DNA of 64,000 bases from Candidatus Methylomirabilota bacterium. GTDB taxonomy: Bacteria; Acidobacteriota; Thermoanaerobaculia; Thermoanaerobaculales; Sulfomarinibacteraceae. Below, piece after piece: positions 38,701-46,566 of this stretch. Within the stretch, counting starts at the first letter, position 1. Every line of letters starts with the position of its first letter. The notes below the pieces were generated by a model. That model ran no database searches, was not told where the DNA came from, and saw nothing but the letters and a program-made list of their open reading frames with translations. Made by a program: the position numbers and the translations under genes. The stretch spans positions 604 to 64,603 of the forward strand of contig DATHSO010000081.1 in NCBI GenBank assembly GCA_035464095.1. Direction: 5' to 3'.

Positions 38701-39008
38701 GCCGACGGGCCGAGCCTGGCCGTCACCTCGGCGGCGCCCCCGGCCGCCCCCAGGAGCTCCCGGAGGACCTGGATCCAGGGCCAGTAAGAGGGCGCGCCCC
38801 CGGCCTCCCAGCTGAGACCCCAGGCGACCCGGATGTCGAGCTCGGCGGCCCGGGCGGCCAACCACTCCACGAGCCGGCTCTTGCCGATGCCCGCCTCGCC
38901 GGAGATCAGCCACAGCCCGCCGGTCCCTGCGGCGAGCCCGGCCAGGGCGCCGTCGAGGCGCTCGAGCTCGCGCTCCCGTCCGACCAGGAGATCAGACCCG
39001 GCCGTCAC
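35757..39008 (-). CDS. STAND-type AAA ATPase regulator with TPR-like helical repeats and a C-terminal putative DNA-binding module
   Basis: Walker A in LISGEAGIGKSRL and Walker B in LVVILEDLHAAD. A long helical repeat region follows. The C-terminal block is FRLKDTKGVRFLALLLERPGVEVHVLDL...ERARVNVQRRLRDAVERI...TGTFCCYEP. Start GTG 39008 is uncertain (the track ORF runs to 39179). Confidence 0.8.
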   Translation of the reverse strand: MTAGSDLLVGRERELERLDGALAGLAAGTGGLWLISGEAGIGKSRLVEWLAARAAELDIRVAWGLSWEAGGAPSYWPWIQVLRELLGAAGGAAEVTARLGPSARALARLLPEFADLVADADGPPRLEPEHASFHLMDAVARVVQTAAEHRPLVVILEDLHAADSSSLQVLDFVARQLRTSPALVVGTHREAGADLSDRAPLIWRASRGAQSLRLARLDDGAIGRYVAAACGVEPPPCLVRRLLEATDGNPLHLAETVSLLRARGGPGVCADGGALGVPDSLRSAVSERLNRLSSGPRETLQVASILGRDFSVGPLAELAGSPPDEVGDALEAARDAGLVEAAPDGGWRFVHMLTREAVRSGLEPSRRRGLHRRRARQLAALADPPWSEIALHLDAAGAEHRAAAVDAWRRAARRAADRHAFEDAADHWERALAAMDETADAGPEARLELLLDVADAQVTAGRADAGRASCRRAAELARTVGSARQLARAALIRGRVFVYGTVDASLVQLFEEALDRLEPDELRLRALVTARLAAARQPSAPPEGPFELARQAVDLARRVDDPRVLLDTITSASSALMDLAEPSERLALNREHVRLAEALRDPVSAFRGHLRVMVDALELGRITEIDRALAAAEALAGRTGLPHHRWVVEAGYALRDTMSGRFGEAEHRLAAAAEAAAHAGDPNSERCLALQRIALDRARERHAELAESCRRLLRAAGTTAGTAIWLVPALGGVLARTEPDASELPVIDADTEAEILALGDRAALCGLSEMAVCAADRERAARLEARLRPFSELHSHHGLTGLAWDGPVSRCLALLAELGERPEETDRWFEHAARAAAAVGSPPMAARLAYEHGRALVRRGADDAARECLDRARALAEELGLEGLLELIDRVEGPAPAQRAATSTPSDHRPTLSLERDGELWLCRSSGAAFRLKDTKGVRFLALLLERPGVEVHVLDLVAAADGGPAVDTGDAGEVLDDRARAEYRRRVEELQAELAEAEGWNDAGRAERAREELELLSAELARAFGLGGRTRRSGAAAERARVNVQRRLRDAVERIAAQDEAAGRHLEAALRTGTFCCYEPPP

Positions 39009-39192
39009 GTGGCGATCCCGCCGTCCCCGGCACCCGCCGCCGAGCCCGTCGACGGCGGCGCCCGGCCGGTCGTTTCCTGAGTCTCGGACGCATGATCGGA
39101 GGATAGCAGCGCGCGTGGCCTCGCGAGATGGGGGATGGCACCATCGGCAGGCGGGTCCGGTGCCGCTACACTGCGGCACGAGAGATCACCGG

Positions 39193-39789
39193 ATGGAGAG
39201 CAACCACCCGTCACCCCTCGGTGAGGCGCCCGAGCTCGCCGACGCCGACCTGGCCCGGCGCATCGCCGGCGCTGGCGAGGAGCCGGCGGCGTTCGAGGAG
39301 GCCGAGCTCTGCCGGCGCTTCGCGCGCCGCCTGTACCTTTACGGGCTGCGCCACCTGCGGGCCGAGGATCGGGCGCGCGACCTCGTGCAGGAGGTCCTGT
39401 TGCTGACCCTCGAGAAGCTGCGGGCCGGAGCGGTCCGCGAGCCGGAGCGGATCGGCTCCTTCATCCTCGGCGCGGCGCGGATGACCTCCCGCGCCATGGC
39501 CCGGGCCGGTGCCCGGGAGGATGACCTGGCCGCCGCCGGGGAGGTCGCGGCCGCGGCCGACGCCCTGCGCGCCGATCCCCTCGCTCGCGATCTGGTGGTG
39601 CGCTGCCTGGAGGCGCTGGCCGAGCGCCAGCGCACCGTCATCGTCCTCACCTACTACGCCGAGCAGTCGACCGCGGCCATCGCCTCGTCCCTCGGCCTGT
39701 CCGCCAACAACGTGCGGGTCATCCGCCACCGGGGCGTGGCGCAGCTGAGGACCTGTCTCGGCTTCGGCGGCGAAGGAGGGGCGGCGTGA
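39193..39789 (+). CDS. ECF-family sigma factor
   Basis: ATG 39193. Region 2-like DLVQEVLLLTLEKL. Region 4 in LTYYAEQSTAAIASSLGLSANNVRVIRHRGVAQL. Divergent from the STAND ATPase. Confidence 0.8.
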   Translation: MESNHPSPLGEAPELADADLARRIAGAGEEPAAFEEAELCRRFARRLYLYGLRHLRAEDRARDLVQEVLLLTLEKLRAGAVREPERIGSFILGAARMTSRAMARAGAREDDLAAAGEVAAAADALRADPLARDLVVRCLEALAERQRTVIVLTYYAEQSTAAIASSLGLSANNVRVIRHRGVAQLRTCLGFGGEGGAA

Positions 39790-40352
39790 TGGCGGCCGAC
39801 CACCCCGTCTCCCTCGCCGACCTGGTCGACCTCCAGCTCGGGGAGCTCCCCGAGGCGGCGGCGGAGGCGCTCGAGGCGCACCTCTTCGAGTGCCCCGTGT
39901 GCGCCGCGCGGCTCGACGAGCTCGACCGGATCGCGGCCGCGGTTCGGGGGGCGGCGGCGGCTGCGGCGGTGGCCGCCAACGTCACCGGCGCCTTTCTGGA
40001 GCGGGCGCTCGGCGACGGGCTCAGCCTGCGCGAGTACCGGCTCGCCCCCGGCGAGACCGTCGCCTGCTCGGCCGGCCCCGAGGACCTGTACGTGGTCCGG
40101 CTGGCGGCCGACTTCGGCATGGCCGCCGAGCTCACCGTCCGGGTCGAGGTCCGCGACCTGGGCAGCGGCGCCACCCAGGCCCTGCCGCCGCGCGAGGTCG
40201 TGCCCGACGTCGAGCGGGGCGAGGTGGTGCTGACGGTCCCGGGCAGCGAGGTGCGGGCCTACCCGCGGTCGCTGTGGACCATCGCCGTCGACGGTGAGGT
40301 CGGCGGCCGGCCGGTGAGCTGGGGTCCGTTCGTGATGGACCACACCCCCTGA
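39786..40352 (+). CDS. Putative anti-sigma factor (zf-HC2), apparently soluble
   Basis: Overlaps the sigma gene stop. H-x3-C-x2-C motif (HLFECPVCA). No obvious TM helix. Confidence 0.6.
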   Translation: MMAADHPVSLADLVDLQLGELPEAAAEALEAHLFECPVCAARLDELDRIAAAVRGAAAAAAVAANVTGAFLERALGDGLSLREYRLAPGETVACSAGPEDLYVVRLAADFGMAAELTVRVEVRDLGSGATQALPPREVVPDVERGEVVLTVPGSEVRAYPRSLWTIAVDGEVGGRPVSWGPFVMDHTP

Positions 40353-40497
40353 AGCCGGTCCTGTGGGGCGGGATCGTGGCCGGCGCGACCGTCGTCGGCG
40401 AAAAAATATCTGTAATGAGTCTGCGTCTCGTGACACATCCTCACGAACCGACCGCCGCCGAGCGGTCCGGCACCACCAGCACCCCAGGAGGCACGAG

Positions 40498-41046
40498 ATG
40501 GAACACACGACCCTGCAGGAACGGACCGACAAGGCCCCGGAGCCGAGAATCAGACCAGCCGTGACGGGCCCGGTGGTCAAGCTCCCCGAGGCCGGCGACA
40601 GCTTCGACTTCGGCGGCTTGGGGGTGGCCTGGAAGATCGACGGCGCCGAGACCGGCCGCGGCTTCTCGGTGGTCCACCACCCCATGGCGCCGCGCGCCCT
40701 GGCGGCGCCCCTGCACCGCCACCATCGGGAGGACGAGTACTCGTACGTGCTCGAGGGTCGGCTCGGCGCCCTGCTCGGCGACGACGTCGTCACCGCCGGG
40801 CCGGGGACCTGGGTCCACAAGCCCCGCGGCCAGTGGCACACCTTCTGGAATACCGGCGACACCCGGTGCACCATCATCGAGGTGATCTCACCCTCCGGCT
40901 TCGAGGACTACTTCCGGGAGGTCGCCGCGAGCTGGGGCGACCTGGAGGCGTTCGCGGCCATCAACCGCAAGTACCAGCTCGACATGGACTTCGACAGCGT
41001 GCCCGGGCTCTGCGAGCGTTTCGGGCTGACCTTCCCCCAGCTCTGA
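40498..41046 (+). CDS. Cupin-domain protein
   Basis: ATG 40498 is preceded by AGGAGG. Cupin metal motif HRHHREDEYSYVLEG...GTWVHKPRGQWHTF. Confidence 0.8.
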   Translation: MEHTTLQERTDKAPEPRIRPAVTGPVVKLPEAGDSFDFGGLGVAWKIDGAETGRGFSVVHHPMAPRALAAPLHRHHREDEYSYVLEGRLGALLGDDVVTAGPGTWVHKPRGQWHTFWNTGDTRCTIIEVISPSGFEDYFREVAASWGDLEAFAAINRKYQLDMDFDSVPGLCERFGLTFPQL

Positions 41047-41904
41047 CCCCCGACATCGACGATCGCATCCCAGGCGGGGCCTCCACGCGGGGCCCCGCCG
41101 ACCCGCGCGTTGAACGCGCGACAGCGGCAGCGGCGGCAACAGCGACAGGGACAGCAGCAGCGGACAGCGCCCCCGGGACGCGCGGGCAGGGCGCATCCCC
41201 CGGGACGTGCCAGGTGCGGCATTGTGCCGGCACCCTTTGGCCTCGAGGCCGCGCGGGCTCGGTGCCTGGTGCCTGGCTCTCCTTTCGTCCGACGAAAGAG
41301 AGGGTGCCTGGCACCGCTCGGCACCGCTCCCATCACGTCTCGGGAAGCTCCCTTCCGGGGCGGTGCGGTCCTCGAGCAGGGCGGCCACGGGCAGGAAGCC
41401 CTCGCCGAGGCCCGAGGCGTAGCGCAGCGCGACGCCGAGGCGGCCGAGCATCTTCTGGGCCGGGCGGTTGTCGCCCGACACCGTGAAGGCGAAGCGCTCG
41501 ACGCCGAGCTCGCGGGCCGACCCGGCGAGCCGGCGCAGCAGGGTGGGCCCGAGGCCCCGACCCTGCCAGCGGTCGGTCACTGTGAGCGCGACCTCCGCGG
41601 TGGTGGGGTCGTCGGCGAGGCGCACGAATCGGCCCATGGCCGCCAGGCGACCGCCGGCGAAGACGCCCAACGCCACGTGGCGGCGGCCGTCGGGGGCGCC
41701 CAGGTAGCGCACCAGGCGGTCGGGAAGAGTCGGCATGGGAGCGGCGAAGCGCATCTGCCGGGAGCGCGCCGACAGACCCTCGAGCGCGTCAGCGACCAGG
41801 GCGCCGTCTGCGGGCCCCAGCGGTCGGACGTCGAGAGACGCTGCCTCGGTTCGGGTCGGGGCGGCTGGGAAGCTCTGGATCTCGCGGGCAAGCGGCGTCG
41901 TCAT
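40888..41904 (-). CDS. GNAT-family acetyltransferase with an anomalous ~150-aa non-protein-like C-terminal read-through
   Basis: The first ~180 aa are GNAT-like (VTDRWQGRGLGPTLLRRLAGSARELGVERF). The frame then runs with no stop through the hairpin-dense segment and 159 nt into the convergent cupin gene. Confidence 0.55.
   Translation of the reverse strand: MTTPLAREIQSFPAAPTRTEAASLDVRPLGPADGALVADALEGLSARSRQMRFAAPMPTLPDRLVRYLGAPDGRRHVALGVFAGGRLAAMGRFVRLADDPTTAEVALTVTDRWQGRGLGPTLLRRLAGSARELGVERFAFTVSGDNRPAQKMLGRLGVALRYASGLGEGFLPVAALLEDRTAPEGSFPRRDGSGAERCQAPSLSSDERRARHQAPSPRGLEAKGCRHNAAPGTSRGMRPARASRGRCPLLLSLSLLPPLPLSRVQRAGRRGPAWRPRLGCDRRCRGSELGEGQPETLAEPGHAVEVHVELVLAVDGRERLQVAPARGDLPEVVLEAGG
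41047..41340. other. Hairpin- and repeat-dense GC-rich segment (GGCACC/GGTGCC motifs, CAG-rich run, several palindromes)
   Basis: Stem ggcggggcc/ggccccgcc (41073-41099). Palindrome cgcgcgtt-g-aacgcgcg (41104-41120). cccccgggacg occurs twice. gtgccggcac is present. ctctcctttcgtc/gacgaaagagag (41277-41302) is flanked by ggtgcctgg repeats. Confidence 0.7.
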
Positions 41905-42005
41905 GGCTCGTTCCTCCGTGTTCGGAGACGAGCATCGGCCCCGGTCCCTGCACCGCGCTTTCCGCGCGCTTGCGACTCGGTTTCATATTCTCGAGGTGCT
42001 GCGGA

Positions 42006-43628
42006 TCAGCCGGCGACGAAGTCCCGGATGAGGGCCGCCACCCGGTCCGCGTCGGCGCCCTCGGGCAGGTGGAGGCTGCCGCCCAGGGGCACCAGCCGGG
42101 CCCGCGGCAGGGCGGCGGCGAGCTCTCGGGCGCCGCGGAACGGGATCGCCCGGTCGCCGGTGTAGTGGATCACCAGCGCCGGCGCCGAGATCTCGTCCAG
42201 GACGCCGCTCGCGTCGGCGGCGAACATGGCTTCCAGGTAGCGGGCTGCAACCTCCACCGGCGCCGCCTCGCGCTGGCCGCGCGCGAACAGCCGCACGAAC
42301 CCGGCCGACGCCGACGGGTACATGAGGTCCATGAGCAGCTTGGAGCCGAGGCCCCAGTGGGCGCGCACCAGGCTGCACACCGAGGCGGTGACGGCAGGGT
42401 CGCCGAAGGTGGCCGCGCCGTCCGCATAGGTCCCGAGGAAGATCAGGTGCGACACCGCGTCGGGCCGGCGTGCGGCGACGGTGGCGGCGACGGGCCCGGC
42501 GCACGAAATCGCGAGGACCGCCACCGGCGCTTCGCCGAGAGCGTCGAGGAGGCCCTCGAGCTCGACGGCGCTCGCCTCGGCCGACGGGTCGTCGAGCTCG
42601 CCCGCCGACAGCCCGGTGCCGAGCCGGTCGTAGGTGACGATCCGGAAGCTCGCCGCCAGCTCCGCGAGCAGCCGCGACCGAGGGTCCCGGCCCTCGGCGA
42701 TGGTGCTCAGGTTGGAGACGAAACCGGGCAGGACCACCAGGGTCGGCCCGTCACCCGCCTCGCCGACGGCGATCGTCCGCCCGCCGGCGTCAAGGTACCC
42801 GATGTCGAGGGGAGGTCCCACCAGTGCGTCGCCAGCTGCCGGTCCCGAAGGCGGGGCGACCGCCGGCTCCCCGGCGCCCGCCAGGTCGTGGCTCAGGATC
42901 TGCCGCTCCAGGCGCTCCAGGGTGGGAGACGGGTCGAGGCCCAGCTCCTCGTTGACCAGCCGGCGGTGCTCCCGGAGCACGGCGAGCGCGTCGCCCTGGC
43001 GGCCGAGCCGGTACAGCGCCCGCGCCAGCTGGTCCCGGGGACGCTCGCGCAGGGCGTCGGCGGCGATCAGCGCCTCGAGGACGGAGGTCGCCTCCTGGAG
43101 CCGGCCGAGGTCGAGGAGCAGTTCAGCCCGAAGCTCCATGGCCGCGAAGCGCAGCTCCTCGAGGCGCGCCGCCTCGCCCCGCGCGAAACTGAGCTCGGCG
43201 ACGTCGGCGTAGGCGGCGCCGCGCCACAGGGCCAGCGCCTCGTCGAGGCCGGCGAGTCCCGCCCCCGGGTCCGAGGTGGTCCGGGCGGCGTTGACGAGGG
43301 CTTCGAAGCGGGCGGCGTCGAGATCGACGCGACCGCCGTCGAGGCGGTAGCCCGGCGGCTCCGTGAGGATCACCTCGGCCTCGCCGAGGGCGCCGCGCAG
43401 CCGCGACACGTGGACCTGCAGCGAGGCCGTCGGGTCGGACGGCAGCTCGTCGGGCCACAGGACGTCGGCGAGGCGTGCGGTCGACATCGCCCGCGGCTCG
43501 GCGACGAGCAGCGCCGCGAGGAGCAGCCGCTGCTTGCGGCCGGCGAGGCGGACCGGTTCCCCCACGCGCTCGATCTCGAGCGGGCCGAGCACCCTGGTCA
43601 CGATCGTTCGGTCCCCGGTTGACGCCAT
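42006..43628 (-). CDS. SARP/AfsR-type regulator (OmpR-like wHTH + BTAD) fused to an alpha/beta-hydrolase domain
   Basis: N-terminus VLGPLEIERVGEPVRLAGRKQRLLLAALLV..LWPDELP. BTAD in ALALWRGAAYADV..RLEELRFAAMELRAELLLDLG. The C-terminal half has LVVLPGFVSN and a nucleophile-elbow-like AISCAGP. Confidence 0.8.
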   Translation of the reverse strand: MASTGDRTIVTRVLGPLEIERVGEPVRLAGRKQRLLLAALLVAEPRAMSTARLADVLWPDELPSDPTASLQVHVSRLRGALGEAEVILTEPPGYRLDGGRVDLDAARFEALVNAARTTSDPGAGLAGLDEALALWRGAAYADVAELSFARGEAARLEELRFAAMELRAELLLDLGRLQEATSVLEALIAADALRERPRDQLARALYRLGRQGDALAVLREHRRLVNEELGLDPSPTLERLERQILSHDLAGAGEPAVAPPSGPAAGDALVGPPLDIGYLDAGGRTIAVGEAGDGPTLVVLPGFVSNLSTIAEGRDPRSRLLAELAASFRIVTYDRLGTGLSAGELDDPSAEASAVELEGLLDALGEAPVAVLAISCAGPVAATVAARRPDAVSHLIFLGTYADGAATFGDPAVTASVCSLVRAHWGLGSKLLMDLMYPSASAGFVRLFARGQREAAPVEVAARYLEAMFAADASGVLDEISAPALVIHYTGDRAIPFRGARELAAALPRARLVPLGGSLHLPEGADADRVAALIRDFVAG

Positions 43629-43737
43629 GGTTGCGACCGGATCTTAACACCGGGTCTGGGCGGCCGGCATGGGGGCGCTCCGGAGGCGCTTCCCCGAGCG
43701 GCGGTTCTCGACCACAATGGAGGGCCGAGGAGGAACC

Positions 43738-44529
43738 ATGACGACACCGATCTGGCAGGTCGACGCCTTCACCGACGCGCCCTTCCGGGGCAACCCGGCC
43801 GCGGTCTGCGTCCTCGACGGGCCCAGGACCGAGGCCTGGATGCAGGGGGTGGCGGCCGAGATGAACCTCTCCGAGACCGCGTTCCTGGTCCCCCGCGACG
43901 ACGGGGGCTACCAGCTGCGCTGGTTCACCCCGGCGTGCGAGGTGAGGCTGTGCGGCCACGCGACCCTGGCCAGCGCCCACGTGCTGTGGTCGGAGGGCTT
44001 CGTCGAGCCGGCGGCGACGATCGCGTTCCACACCATCCACTCGGGGGTGCTGACGGCGGTGCGCCGCGGCGACCGCATCGAGCTCGACTTTCCGGCCCGC
44101 ACGCCCGAGGAGGTCTCACCGCCCGACGGCCTCGCTGACGCCCTCGGTCTCGAGCCCCGGTTCGTCGCCCGCGCCGTCGACGACTACGTGGTCCTCGCCG
44201 ACGACGAAACCAAGGTGCGCGCGCTCCGGCCGGACTTCCCGAAGCTGCGGCGCGTCGCCGCGCGGGGCGTCATCGTCACCGCCCCCGGGACGGACTTCGA
44301 CTTCGTGTCCCGCTTTTTCGGACCCGCGGTGGGGGTCGACGAGGACCCGGTGACCGGCTCGGCGCACTGCTGCCTGGCCCCGTTCTGGGCCGACCGCCTC
44401 GGCCGGACGAGCATGGTCGGCTACCAGGCCTCGTCCCGCGGCGGCATCGTCGCCGTCACCCTGGCCGGCGACCGGGTCAAGCTCGCCGGCCCAGCAGTCA
44501 CGGTGCTCCGGGGCGAGCTGCTGGTGTGA
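43738..44529 (+). CDS. PhzF-family isomerase
   Basis: ATG 43738 is preceded by GGAGGA. Motifs WQVDAFTDAPFRGNPAAV, SETAF, RWFTP..EVRLCGHATLA and GSAHCCL. Confidence 0.9.
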   Translation: MTTPIWQVDAFTDAPFRGNPAAVCVLDGPRTEAWMQGVAAEMNLSETAFLVPRDDGGYQLRWFTPACEVRLCGHATLASAHVLWSEGFVEPAATIAFHTIHSGVLTAVRRGDRIELDFPARTPEEVSPPDGLADALGLEPRFVARAVDDYVVLADDETKVRALRPDFPKLRRVAARGVIVTAPGTDFDFVSRFFGPAVGVDEDPVTGSAHCCLAPFWADRLGRTSMVGYQASSRGGIVAVTLAGDRVKLAGPAVTVLRGELLV

Positions 44530-44687
44530 CCTGGGGGAACCTCACTGGAGGGACGGGCGGTCGAAGGACCATCCCATCCGCCACGACACCATCCCATGCG
44601 GTGTACCGTCAAAGGTACCGGGCGACAACGGTCAGACCGTCGCGATCGCGAGCCCGGCGAAGGGTGAATCGCGGGCGGATTTCCCGG

Positions 44688-46346
<1,659 letters not shown>

Positions 46347-46362
46347 CTTTCATTTTGACGTT

Positions 46363-46391
46363 ACTTTACCTCATTTTGATCGAATCCACAA
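46363..46391 (-). promoter_or_regulatory. Candidate sigma-70 promoter of the activator gene (TTGTGG-N17-TAAAGT)
   Basis: Read on the minus strand in the AT-rich patch just upstream of GTG 46346. The same patch carries two direct TCATTTTGA repeats. Confidence 0.3.
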
Positions 46392-46401
46392 CCACGGGGC
46401 T

Positions 46402-46420
46402 CGTCTGCGTGACGCAGACG
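46402..46420. promoter_or_regulatory. Perfect 9+1+9 palindrome CGTCTGCGT-G-ACGCAGACG in the divergent control region
   Basis: Read directly. It lies 27 nt upstream of the -24 element of promoter P1 and just upstream of the candidate activator promoter. It could be an activator/repressor site or a hairpin. Confidence 0.4.
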
Positions 46421-46446
46421 CCTGCCAGCAGGCGCGCGATGGTCGG

Positions 46447-46462
46447 TGGCGAGGAGATTGCA
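46447..46462 (+). promoter_or_regulatory. Sigma-54 promoter candidate P1 (TGGCgaggagaTTGCA)
   Basis: Matches TGGCAC-N5-TTGCW at 12 of the 14 consensus-defined positions, including all of the TGGC and TTGCA cores, with exact GG-to-GC spacing. It lies 105 nt upstream of the radical SAM ATG and is adjacent to a divergent sigma-54 activator gene. Confidence 0.55.
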
Positions 46463-46566
46463 GGAGGGTGCAGAGGAATCACTCGAGCCACAGCGTCACT
46501 GATCCGGTATGCAACCGGGTCCGGTGGCCAGAGAATCGTGCGAGCGGGGGGATCGGAGGAACAGGA

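Noticed and set aside
41303-41330. TGGCAC motifs in ggtgccTGGCACcgctcGGCACcg as a sigma-54 promoter.
   Set aside because: No TTGC-type -12 element sits at the required distance. The motif is part of the GGCACC/GGTGCC palindromic repeats.
44546-44570. Possible att-like remnant of the tRNA-Ala 3' end at the left border of the sigma-54 module.
   Set aside because: Only ~12 of 22 positions are identical ungapped, in GC-rich sequence, and there is no integrase. It is kept only as a low-weight pointer inside the island hypothesis, not as a feature.
46470-46566. Is there a cobalamin riboswitch in the leader of the B12-binding radical SAM gene (gccacagcgtcactg vaguely resembles a B12 box)?
   Set aside because: The leader is only ~95 nt downstream of the predicted sigma-54 start, far too short for the ~200-nt riboswitch. 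The other conserved elements were not seen.
46468-46566. GTG 46468 as the start of the radical SAM ORF, as given by the track.
   Set aside because: It lies at or upstream of the transcription start predicted from sigma-54 promoter P1 and has no RBS. ATG 46567 has GGAGGA at optimal spacing. Residues before it are not protein-like. A still later start cannot be excluded.
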